Assembly (NCBI GenBank): GCA_030668875.1
Contig: DAOVER010000045.1
Span: forward strand, 1-23,416
DNA from: Candidatus Heimdallarchaeota archaeon
Lineage (GTDB): Archaea > Asgardarchaeota > Heimdallarchaeia > Heimdallarchaeales > Heimdallarchaeaceae
DNA: 23,416 bases
Direction of reading: 5' to 3'
Shown piece by piece: positions 1-8,080 of the stretch; position 1 is the stretch's first letter, and the number at the start of each line of letters is the position of its first letter. Position numbers and translations under genes: made by a program. The notes below the pieces were generated by a model. That model was not told the DNA's origin. It ran no database searches and was given only the letters and a program-made list of their open reading frames with translations.

Positions 1-1041
1 AGTAAGGAAAATCTTCTTAGAACGTTTGGTAGGGTCGGCGATAGGAACAGCGGAGATAAGGGCTTTGGTGTAAGGGTGCATCATGTTTTCGAAGATTTCA
101 TCAGAATTACCGGATTCCATGATTTTGCCGAGATACATAACGTTGGTTTCGTCACAGAGAATCTTGACGAGGGAGAGATCATGAGCAATGAAAAGGTAAG
201 TAAGACCCATCTTGTTCTGGAGCTCGAGAATGAGCTGGATGATAGCTGCACGGACGGAAACATCAAGATTACTTACTGGTTCATCCATTACAATAAAGTC
301 TGGTTCAAGTGCTAGTGCTCTTGCTATACCTAATCTTTGTCTTTGTCCGCCTGAGAATTCGTGTGGGTATCTGTACGCATGATGTGGTGCTAATCCTACA
401 TCTTTTAGCAGTGACAACACTTTGTAACTTGCTTCATCTCCTGATGCTACTCCGTGTATTGCGAATGGTTCTATTATTATGTCATGTGCTGTTGCTCTTG
501 GATTCAGCGATGCATAAGGATCTTGAAATACTATTTGCAGGTGTCGTCTTATTTCTTTCATCTCTACTGATGTTAGACGATTTATGTCTATTCCTTTGAA
601 ATATACTGATCCTGCTGTTGGTTCTAGTAATCTTATTATTGTTTTTGCTGCTGTGCTTTTTCCACAACCTGATTCTCCTACTAGTCCAACTATTTTTCCT
701 TTACGAATACGTAAATCTATTCCATCAACTGCTTTCAAATGTGCAACTTTTGGTCTCTTATTGAATGGTGGGACATTTGGTAATAAAAAGTAAAGAATAA
801 CCACTCCAGCCATTAGAGATAATCCAACTGTTGTTGAGAAAGCAAATACTACAACTGAGGCTACGAATGCTAACATGAACCAAGTAGTTTCAAAAGGAAT
901 CGGAATGTTAAAGAATTTCTTGAGGTTGATAACTTCCAGAACTACATCTTCTTCCATTTCTTTTGTTCTGATTCTGCTAGATATTAGCCCTTTTTCTTCT
1001 TGTTGTCTTCCTATTTTTTCTATAAATGACTCTGAACTCAT
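1..1041 (-). CDS. dppF: Oligopeptide/dipeptide ABC transporter ATP-binding subunit (DppF/OppF type), 3' end runs off the window; carries an unusual ~34-aa hydrophobic insertion
   Basis: Not in the ORF track; translated by hand from ATG at 1041 (AGGTG upstream), open to base 1: MSSESFIEK...VLEVINLKKFF...HLKAVDGIDLRIRKGKIVGLVGESGCGKST (Walker A)...QIVFQDPYASLNPR...RYPHEFSGGQRQR (signature)...FIVMDEPVSNLD (Walker B)...FIAHDLS...HPYTKALISAVPIADP. Confidence 0.93.
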   Translation of the reverse strand, partial: MSSESFIEKIGRQQEEKGLISSRIRTKEMEEDVVLEVINLKKFFNIPIPFETTWFMLAFVASVVVFAFSTTVGLSLMAGVVILYFLLPNVPPFNKRPKVAHLKAVDGIDLRIRKGKIVGLVGESGCGKSTAAKTIIRLLEPTAGSVYFKGIDINRLTSVEMKEIRRHLQIVFQDPYASLNPRATAHDIIIEPFAIHGVASGDEASYKVLSLLKDVGLAPHHAYRYPHEFSGGQRQRLGIARALALEPDFIVMDEPVSNLDVSVRAAIIQLILELQNKMGLTYLFIAHDLSLVKILCDETNVMYLGKIMESGNSDEIFENMMHPYTKALISAVPIADPTKRSKKIFLT

Positions 1042-1053
1042 TTTCTTTTACAC

Positions 1054-2115
1054 CTAACCTGCTATAGCCTTTTTAGGCATTGTTGAGATTTCGCGTTTCT
1101 CACCATGTTGCTGCATCCAAGCTTTACCTTCTTCAGTATAAATGTGGCATCTTACATCATGGCCTGGTTCAATTTCTACAATACTTGGAAGAATTCTCTC
1201 GCATAACCCTTTCATCCAATAATCACATCTGGGATGGAAACGACAGGCTGATGGAGGATTAATAAGGTTTGGAATAGCTCCACGAATAATCGTGAGATCC
1301 TCACGCGCTGCATCAGGTCGAGGGATAGCTCCTAGTAGACCTCTAGTATAGGGATGATAGGGTGATTTGAAGATGATCATAATATCTCCAACCTCACATA
1401 TGAAACCAGCGTACATAACAGCAACGCGGTCGCACATTTCAGCAATTACACCCATGTCATGGGTAATTAGAATAATACTCATATCGAACTCTTCACTAGT
1501 AGCCTTCAGAAGCTCAAGAATTTGGGCTTGAATGGTTACGTCAAGAGAAGTGGAAGGTTCATCTGCAATCAATAATTCAGGATTACAACTTAAGGCCATT
1601 GCGATCATTACACGTTGGCGCATACCTCCAGAGAATTCGAAGGGATAGTTATCAACACGCTCATCAGCACTTGGAATACCGACAAGGGACATTATTTTGA
1701 TAGATTTTTCACGGGCTTCTTTCTTCGAAACTTTTTGGTGAAGAATAATAGCTTCACTGATTTGGTCACCAACAGTAAAAACTGGATTAAGACTTGTCAT
1801 TGGGTCTTGGAAGATCATAGCTATTTGGTTACCACGAATCTTACGCATTTCAGCGTCACTGAGTTTGCGGAGATCTTGACCATGGAAAATAACTTCACCT
1901 TCAAGAATTTTTCCAGGTGGATCAGGTACAATTCCTAGTATAGAGAGGGCTGTTACGCTTTTCCCGCTTCCACTTTCCCCTACGAGTCCTAGTGTTTCTG
2001 ATTTATGGACAAGAAGGTCTATACTTTCTATTGCTTTTACTACTCCTTCTTCTGTAAAAAAGTATGTTTTTAACCCTTTTATTTCTAATAGAATATCTTC
2101 TGGCGGTCTACTCAT
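1054..2115 (-). CDS. dppD: Oligopeptide/dipeptide ABC transporter ATP-binding subunit (DppD/OppD type)
   Basis: GESGSGKS Walker [44 protein letters not shown] and C-terminal CRFHPRC...C...VRCH oligopeptide-ABC domain. ATG 2115 preferred to the GTG at 2124 used by the ORF track. Confidence 0.95.
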   Translation of the reverse strand: MSRPPEDILLEIKGLKTYFFTEEGVVKAIESIDLLVHKSETLGLVGESGSGKSVTALSILGIVPDPPGKILEGEVIFHGQDLRKLSDAEMRKIRGNQIAMIFQDPMTSLNPVFTVGDQISEAIILHQKVSKKEAREKSIKIMSLVGIPSADERVDNYPFEFSGGMRQRVMIAMALSCNPELLIADEPSTSLDVTIQAQILELLKATSEEFDMSIILITHDMGVIAEMCDRVAVMYAGFICEVGDIMIIFKSPYHPYTRGLLGAIPRPDAAREDLTIIRGAIPNLINPPSACRFHPRCDYWMKGLCERILPSIVEIEPGHDVRCHIYTEEGKAWMQQHGEKREISTMPKKAIAG

Positions 2116-2168
2116 ACAATTCACTTACTGTAATTTTTACAAACGCTTAATTCTGTTGTTCGTTATAC

Positions 2169-2181
2169 TTTTATAAGTTTG
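2169..2181 (-). promoter_or_regulatory. Putative BRE-TATA promoter for dppD-dppF
   Basis: Minus strand CAAAC-TTATAAAA about 54-66 nt upstream of ATG 2115; the same AAAC-plus-TATA pattern recurs at several other gene starts. Confidence 0.5.
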
Positions 2182-2303
2182 TCTGTCTTGTTCTACTAAA
2201 AGAACTTCTGTTTCTACGGGTTAGTTACAGTTACATCTGTTGTACGCACTGATTATAAAACCTCTAAAAGAGAAAGAGAACGTAGTGAAGGGATTCATTT
2301 ACT

Positions 2304-3086
2304 CTATATTAATTCAAATAACTGCAATCTTTCTTGATATCTTTTCACTCTTTTACGTAGAGATGTTAAATCAACTTGAAAATCTCTTCGTAAATTCAAC
2401 AAAACAACTAATCTTGCAGCTGGAAGATTGATATATGATGGGAAAAATGCCACTATCATTGTTAAAGCGGATTCGCGTAGATTAGCATAGGGTATAATTT
2501 TTCTTTCTGACAATCCTAACACTTTATCTTTCAGCATCTCAAGTTTCTCGTGTCGAGTCTGCAGAAGTTCTTCTAGATATGTAAGCCACTGGAAGACCTT
2601 CGCTTGCAGTTCCTTAATGCAGCAGTCCAAGCTGATTTTAAGTAGATCAGCATTTTCGAGATTCTGTTTAGCCAGTGAGATTTTCTTCAAGAAGGATTCA
2701 TGATCTTTATCCATTCCCCAGAATCTAAGTATTCTTGAGATATTTTTCTCCTGAATCTCTTTGCCGTTCATGATAAGATTGTATTCTAAAACAGCTAAAA
2801 AGTAGGCGAGAATATCATCATTCTGAAAACCAGTGTCATTTTGATGACTTTCTAGTAACAGCGTGTATATATTTTGAAAATGTAGAACAGAGTCAGTGAA
2901 TACTCTTTCAGGAATATTTTTGCGAAGAAGCTTAGATGTTATCTCTAGAAATTGGAAAAAATGATTGTGGTTTTTTTGCCAGTCAAATTTTTCTAGTTTT
3001 CCATTAATTAAAAACTCAGGAATAGTAACCTTGTCTTTGGGACTTTCTAATGGTTTGAAGTCAAGCTTTTTGATGACAGTGGTCAT
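2304..3086 (-). CDS. Divergent TFB/TFIIB core-like protein (two cyclin-fold repeats plus C-terminal helix-turn-helix; no N-terminal zinc ribbon)
   Basis: NIPERVFTDSVLHFQNIY and DDILAYFLAVLEY...KEIQEKNISRIL resemble TFB repeat 1; C-terminal VDLTSLRKRVKRYQERL resembles the TFB VTEVTIRNRYKEL helix. Recognised by eye only. GTGAGG RBS upstream. Confidence 0.5.
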   Translation of the reverse strand: MTTVIKKLDFKPLESPKDKVTIPEFLINGKLEKFDWQKNHNHFFQFLEITSKLLRKNIPERVFTDSVLHFQNIYTLLLESHQNDTGFQNDDILAYFLAVLEYNLIMNGKEIQEKNISRILRFWGMDKDHESFLKKISLAKQNLENADLLKISLDCCIKELQAKVFQWLTYLEELLQTRHEKLEMLKDKVLGLSERKIIPYANLRESALTMIVAFFPSYINLPAARLVVLLNLRRDFQVDLTSLRKRVKRYQERLQLFELI

Positions 3087-3113
3087 TTTGCCTCACTAAT
3101 ATATAATTAAATT

Positions 3114-3121
3114 CATATAAA
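3114..3121 (-). promoter_or_regulatory. Putative TATA box for the TFB-like gene
   Basis: Minus strand TTTATATG 28-35 nt upstream of ATG 3086. Confidence 0.4.
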
Positions 3122-3321
3122 TACCCAATAAATTTTAAATGATAAGCCAGAAACTACTATCCTTTAGAAGAGAGTAACTCCCTCCCAAAATAGTCTACAC
3201 CCGATTTTGGAGTTACTAAATCTATGTTTAGTAAACGATAAGCTTCCACTAGCTTACCAATGAAATAATACTGTAAATACTTAATATACCTAAGAAAATA
3301 TAATTGCATTTTAATTGCATG

Positions 3322-3341
3322 AAAAATGAAAAAAGAAAAAA
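3322..3341 (-). terminator. Oligo-U terminator candidate after dppC
   Basis: Minus strand TTTTTTCTTTTTTCATTTTT starts about 15 nt after the dppC stop; U tracts are the usual archaeal intrinsic terminator. Confidence 0.5.
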
Positions 3342-3355
3342 GATTGAGAGAAGGA

Positions 3356-4420
3356 CTAATCCTTCAATCTTGGATCTAATGCATCTCTTAAAGAGTCACC
3401 GAGTAGGTTGAAACCTAAAACGGTAAAGAATATGAAGAGCGCAGGAAACATCGGCATCCATGGATAATCCAATAAATTGTTTTGCCATTTATTTAGATCA
3501 TCACCCCATGAAATTGCGTTAGGATCTCCGAAACCGAAGAAAGCTAAAGCTGCGAATGTAAAGATTACATTAGCTATACCCAACGTGATAATAATAATCA
3601 GTGGGGCTAATGAGTTAGGCAGAATGTGCCTAAAGATAATCCTCATATCCGAAGCGCCTAACGCGCGTTCTGCTTCTACGAAATCTTGTTCTTTTAGAGA
3701 GAAGAAATTGGACCTTATAATCAATGCAGTTCCTCCCCACCCGATAAGTGAGAAGAAAACTATTACTACAGCGTATTTTCCACCCGGTATTTTCACATCT
3801 TCAAACAGTACGATGATAAAAATCATCAAGATAAATCCAGGCATTGAGTATAGTATCTCTATTACTCTTTGCAAGACGTTATCTACAATACCACCATAGA
3901 AACCTGCGATCGAACCTAGAACTGTACCTATAATTACTGTGGTCATCTGTCCGATGAACCCTAGTGCTAAAGATACTGATGCTCCAAAGAATACTCTGGA
4001 AAGCATGTCTTGTCCAAGACGATCAGTTCCAAATGGGTGTTCCCATGAAGGTGGCAAGGTTGATTGATCTGCGAATTGATACCTAGGATGTTGGAAAAGC
4101 ACAATCGGATTTGATGTATCCATACCAGGGTACCACAATTCTATATACAGGTTGTTTAAACTTGCTGGATTGTTAGGGTCTCCAAGGAGTAAATTAGCAT
4201 TTGTCAACCAATCATCTACCAGAAGCAGTATCCAAGAAACTAGGGCCATCATAATTAGGAAGAGTACAATATACAATCCTAACATACCCATTTTATCTTT
4301 CTTAATACGTCTCCAGACAATTGACCATTGACCGGCTCCTTTCATTGTTTCGATTTCTCTTAACGTTTTTTCGTCAAGGAGAAATTCTTCTTTTTCTACT
4401 TTTTTATCTATAGTTGCCAT
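3356..4420 (-). CDS. dppC: Oligopeptide/dipeptide ABC transporter permease (DppC/OppC)
   Basis: HPFGTDRLGQDMLSRV, EAA loop FVEAERALGAS..RIIFRHILPN, C-terminal FNLLGDSLRDALDPR. Confidence 0.95.
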   Translation of the reverse strand: MATIDKKVEKEEFLLDEKTLREIETMKGAGQWSIVWRRIKKDKMGMLGLYIVLFLIMMALVSWILLLVDDWLTNANLLLGDPNNPASLNNLYIELWYPGMDTSNPIVLFQHPRYQFADQSTLPPSWEHPFGTDRLGQDMLSRVFFGASVSLALGFIGQMTTVIIGTVLGSIAGFYGGIVDNVLQRVIEILYSMPGFILMIFIIVLFEDVKIPGGKYAVVIVFFSLIGWGGTALIIRSNFFSLKEQDFVEAERALGASDMRIIFRHILPNSLAPLIIIITLGIANVIFTFAALAFFGFGDPNAISWGDDLNKWQNNLLDYPWMPMFPALFIFFTVLGFNLLGDSLRDALDPRLKD

Positions 4421-4431
4421 TTTTTACCCCT

Positions 4432-5439
4432 CTAGTATTTAATCCTTGGATCGATAAACACGTACGTGATGTCCGTGAGTAGACGCGCTATTAAGAACAA
4501 CAATGGAAAGATTGTGTTCGTTGCCATCATTAAAGGATAATCCCTGAACAGAGCACCTTCAAGGAAGAGTGTTCCTAATCCTGGCCATCCAAATACTGAT
4601 TCAACCATAACACTTCCACTTAACAATCCTGGTAATGAGTTACCTATGATTGTTACTATTGGTAGCAGTCCGTTTCTGAACGCGTGCTTGTAAACTACCG
4701 CACGATTATCTAATCCTTTAGCTTTTGCTGTTGTTACATAATCTTGCCTCAAAATTTCGAGCAATTGTGATCTTACTAATCTGGCCATAAACACTAGTCC
4801 ACCTAGCGTCAACGCCAGCGTCGGCAGTATCAGATATTTATAGAAATTCGGGTTAAGAAATAGTGGTGTCTTAAATGCATCTTTGTTCGCTACTCCAGTA
4901 AAGTTGAATAACGAGTAGGATAGCAACATGAGTAGTTTTGCTAGCCAGAAAAGAGGCATAGAGTAACCTAATAACATAGCAACAGTTAACGATCGATCCC
5001 AAATTGAGTTTTGCCTGGTTGCTGAAACAACACCAATTGCTGTAGCCAGCAATAGTGAGAAAATGAACGATAAAATATTTAGTGTAATTGTATACACTGC
5101 ACGTTCACTTATCAGTTGCGAGATAGGTATACCTAACCCAGCTTGCGTGTTATACCAAGATCGACCCAAATCGAAATGTAATAAATCATTTACGAAATCA
5201 ACATATCTTTCAAACCATGGAACTGTGTACATTTCATTGTTCAGCAGTCCCATTTGTATTGCTTCTTTGTTATATGCCGTGTTGTAACACTCTGGTGTCT
5301 CACACTTTAATAATCCCAACCTTACGAGAACTGGGTCTCCAGGGCTGACATTAATCAATGTAAAGTTCAATAGAGTGATACCTAACATAACAGGAACGAT
5401 ATAAATGACTCGTTTTACTATATATCCTTTTAAAGACAT
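4432..5439 (-). CDS. dppB: Oligopeptide/dipeptide ABC transporter permease (DppB/OppB)
   Basis: YIVKRV...SPGDPV, FDLGRS, EAA loop DYVTTAKAKGL...YKHAFRN, VESVFGWPGLG, C-terminal DPRIKY; GGAG RBS. Confidence 0.95.
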   Translation of the reverse strand: MSLKGYIVKRVIYIVPVMLGITLLNFTLINVSPGDPVLVRLGLLKCETPECYNTAYNKEAIQMGLLNNEMYTVPWFERYVDFVNDLLHFDLGRSWYNTQAGLGIPISQLISERAVYTITLNILSFIFSLLLATAIGVVSATRQNSIWDRSLTVAMLLGYSMPLFWLAKLLMLLSYSLFNFTGVANKDAFKTPLFLNPNFYKYLILPTLALTLGGLVFMARLVRSQLLEILRQDYVTTAKAKGLDNRAVVYKHAFRNGLLPIVTIIGNSLPGLLSGSVMVESVFGWPGLGTLFLEGALFRDYPLMMATNTIFPLLFLIARLLTDITYVFIDPRIKY

Positions 5440-5509
5440 AATATATACTCCGTGAATTATTTTCTCGAAATCTATTATATTCTAACTAATTCGGACAGTC
5501 AAAGATGCG

Positions 5510-5523
5510 TTTATTAAGTTTTT
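5510..5523 (-). promoter_or_regulatory. Putative BRE-TATA promoter for dppB-dppC
   Basis: Minus strand AAAAAC-TTAATAAA about 71-84 nt upstream of ATG 5439. Confidence 0.45.
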
Positions 5524-5645
5524 TGCCGCGGAATTTTTTATTTTTTGACCCTTAAATATAAAACCTAAAAAAATAGGTCTAAGTGTTTCCAATTAGTTGT
5601 AAGATATTTAAATTGTTTCTATGGAAAAAAGTTTGATTCACTTGG

Positions 5646-6359
5646 TTAAATACCTTCTTTTATCATCTCTTCTATCTTCATATCAAAAGTAATTTTCCCA
5701 TCATGCATGTGAAGAGTTCTATTCGCACGTTTGGCAGCAGAAAGATCATGTGTTACTAGCAAAATTGATGTTCCTCTTTCTTTGTTCAAGTTATCAAATA
5801 ATTCTAGCACTGTTCTTCCTGTCTTTGAATCTAAATTTCCCGTCGGTTCATCTGCAAGTAGTATAATTGGGTCATTTACTAGTGCTCTCATAATTGATAC
5901 TCTTTGTCTCTCCCCAGAGCTTAATTCTTCTGGAAATTTGTTTCTAAGATATCCTAATTTGAAGTCTTGAATTAATCCCTCGACTGCATGTTTTCTTTGC
6001 TCATATGGTACTGAGTCAAAGATTAAAGGTAGTTCGATATTTTCGTAAGCTGTCAATCCCTCGATCAGGTTAAAGAACTGAAACACGAATCCTAGATTCT
6101 TCCTTCTGAAATTGGTTAGTTGCTCTTTTGTAAAATGGCTTAAATCTGTTCCATTGATTATTATTCTTCCTTCTGAAGGTATTTCTAATGTTCCTACTAA
6201 ATTCAACAATGTTGTTTTACCTGAACCTGATGGACCAACGATGGACGAAAATTCCCCCCTCTCAAAGTTTATGGATACATTATCAACTGCCCTCACTTCA
6301 CTGTTTCCTACAACGAAGTTTTTCGAAAGGTTTTCACAGATAACGATTTGCTCTTTCAT
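5646..6359 (-). CDS. ABC transporter ATP-binding protein, LolD/MacB/FtsE-like family; no cognate permease adjacent
   Basis: GPSGSGKTT, LGFVFQFFNLI, LSSGERQRV, ILLADEPTGNLD, VTHD. ATG 6359 (MKEQIV) preferred to the ORF-track start at 6380. Confidence 0.92.
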   Translation of the reverse strand: MKEQIVICENLSKNFVVGNSEVRAVDNVSINFERGEFSSIVGPSGSGKTTLLNLVGTLEIPSEGRIIINGTDLSHFTKEQLTNFRRKNLGFVFQFFNLIEGLTAYENIELPLIFDSVPYEQRKHAVEGLIQDFKLGYLRNKFPEELSSGERQRVSIMRALVNDPIILLADEPTGNLDSKTGRTVLELFDNLNKERGTSILLVTHDLSAAKRANRTLHMHDGKITFDMKIEEMIKEGI

Positions 6360-6424
6360 CTGTATGGTACCACAAAACAAGCACTAATAAAGTTGTTCAA
6401 ATGATTATTTCTTCTAGTTCTATT

Positions 6425-7912
6425 CTAGTTAATAGAAGGTTTCAGAAATTTAGTTTCTCCAGTTGGTTCAAAATAGAGCAACTTTCCTTCCATATCCTGA
6501 TTAGCTTGTTTTGCAGAAAAAGTAACAATATTTACCGGTACATAAATAACGTGAACAATTATTGCCTCTAGAACAGATGTAATTCTCGCTGTTTCATCTA
6601 GAACCGTCTCAATATTCTGATTCTGAATTGCTTCCTCTAATATTCTGATTATTGAATTCTCAAAGTAAAAGAGCAATTTCTCGTTGATTTCCGACATACC
6701 ATCGGCTGAAAATATTTCTATCCATTTTTCAAGAGCATCTTCTTGCTTTTTGGTTTCTTTAATTGTGTCTTGAATCGTTTTCTTATTTGCTTGGAATCTT
6801 CTTAATTGATTGATCAAATCTTCCTTTTGTTCCCTTGTTGTCTTTTTACCTCTTCTTTCATCTATTTGTAGTCTCTTTGTTCTTGCGTCGATTTTTTTTT
6901 GCGTTCGTTTTAGTTTGATGAAGTTAACTTGAGCATCTCTCCCCTTTGTAGTATATTCCACTTGTTTTGCCTTCAATTGGGGTCTAACCTCTTGAAGTGC
7001 CTTTTCAAGATCAGTTTCATTCCAAATTTGTTTATCATTCTCAATCATTTTTTTAAGTCCATTTAGAAATAATATCAGTTCTGAATGATAGCTGTGTGTT
7101 TTGTTCATTTTATCCTTATAATCTGTGATATAGTCATGTATCACTTTTTCATCAAATTCGATGATTTTGGATTTTTTGACTTCCTCTTTGCTTAACCTTT
7201 CTTGAGAATCTCTATTCAGTAATTTAACTAGATTCATCTGGATTTTGTTTATCGCTTGAATCAGATTCTCTCTTTCTTTGGTGTCTATTTCTTTGAATTC
7301 TTTTTTTCCCACAGCTAGCATTTTTAATTGCTTCTTCTCCCCTGAGAGGAATGTGGGTAGTGAAATTTCATCTAAATTCAAAGGAAGTACTGCTTTGAAA
7401 CTATTATCGAGTTTGCAAAGTGCAAAGGGATAACTCATCGTTTCTTGATGAGTTATTTTTATTTTTTCTAGTGACTGTAATCTCCCCTTAATTCTTTTAA
7501 TTATGTCTTCATTATCTACTTCTTTGGTTAAATAGTAAAAATCATTTATTGTAATGCTTGTTTTCTCAAACAGCTGTGAAAGTGCATTCTCTATTTTGAT
7601 TATATCACCCAATCGTTTTTCTTTTGATACTTCAACTGATTTTTTCTGAACAACATCTATTTGTTTTTCTAGATCTGTTGCTTGTTTCTCAACGTCATCT
7701 ATCTCTTGTTCACTTTCACTCTTCAGCTGTTCAACTTCAACTGATTCAATACTCTCCGTATCTTCTTTTGTCTCTTGTTTTACTTCTTCTACCTCTACAT
7801 TGTCGTTTTCGAGAGTAATATCTGGTGTTTGATCCACTATTTCCTCGATTTTGTTTGTCAGAGCTATAAATTCAGAAAATGTTTGAGAATCATCCTTAGG
7901 CTTTTCACTCAT
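6425..7912 (-). CDS. Hypothetical 495-aa coiled-coil protein (acidic N-terminus, basic coiled coil, beta-rich C-terminus)
   Basis: Long uninterrupted ORF, E/K/Q-rich heptad-like sequence, TATA box upstream. No family recognised. Confidence 0.85.
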   Translation of the reverse strand: MSEKPKDDSQTFSEFIALTNKIEEIVDQTPDITLENDNVEVEEVKQETKEDTESIESVEVEQLKSESEQEIDDVEKQATDLEKQIDVVQKKSVEVSKEKRLGDIIKIENALSQLFEKTSITINDFYYLTKEVDNEDIIKRIKGRLQSLEKIKITHQETMSYPFALCKLDNSFKAVLPLNLDEISLPTFLSGEKKQLKMLAVGKKEFKEIDTKERENLIQAINKIQMNLVKLLNRDSQERLSKEEVKKSKIIEFDEKVIHDYITDYKDKMNKTHSYHSELILFLNGLKKMIENDKQIWNETDLEKALQEVRPQLKAKQVEYTTKGRDAQVNFIKLKRTQKKIDARTKRLQIDERRGKKTTREQKEDLINQLRRFQANKKTIQDTIKETKKQEDALEKWIEIFSADGMSEINEKLLFYFENSIIRILEEAIQNQNIETVLDETARITSVLEAIIVHVIYVPVNIVTFSAKQANQDMEGKLLYFEPTGETKFLKPSIN

Positions 7913-7945
7913 TTACTGTAACCAACTTATTATCGATTTTTCACT

Positions 7946-7953
7946 TATTTAAA
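7946..7953 (-). promoter_or_regulatory. Putative TATA box for the 495-aa gene
   Basis: Minus strand TTTAAATA 34-41 nt upstream of ATG 7912. Confidence 0.45.
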
Positions 7954-8080
7954 CCACTCGAAATTTTAGAAGTTATTGCAAGAATGTCTTTTTACAGATA
8001 TATTTGTTTCAATTATTTGTTCTGAGATATCACGTGGGTATTGCGGAGTTATAAAAGACAATGTAAGAAGCTGTTTCTAG

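Noticed and set aside
76-1262. Short ORFs 76-315, 81-266, 309-599, 482-667, 584-793, 875-1057, 1080-1262
   Set aside because: All overlap the motif-complete dppF or dppD genes on the opposite strand or in another frame and show no recognisable motifs.
1-5439. dpp genes look somewhat richer in G+C than the rest of the window, hinting at horizontal acquisition
   Set aside because: Impression by eye only, not computed; there are no mobility genes or boundary repeats, and amino-acid composition or expression level could explain it.
5563-5578. ACCTA-6 nt-TAGGT hairpin downstream of the LolD-type ATPase
   Set aside because: A 5-bp stem is too weak to call a terminator or operator.
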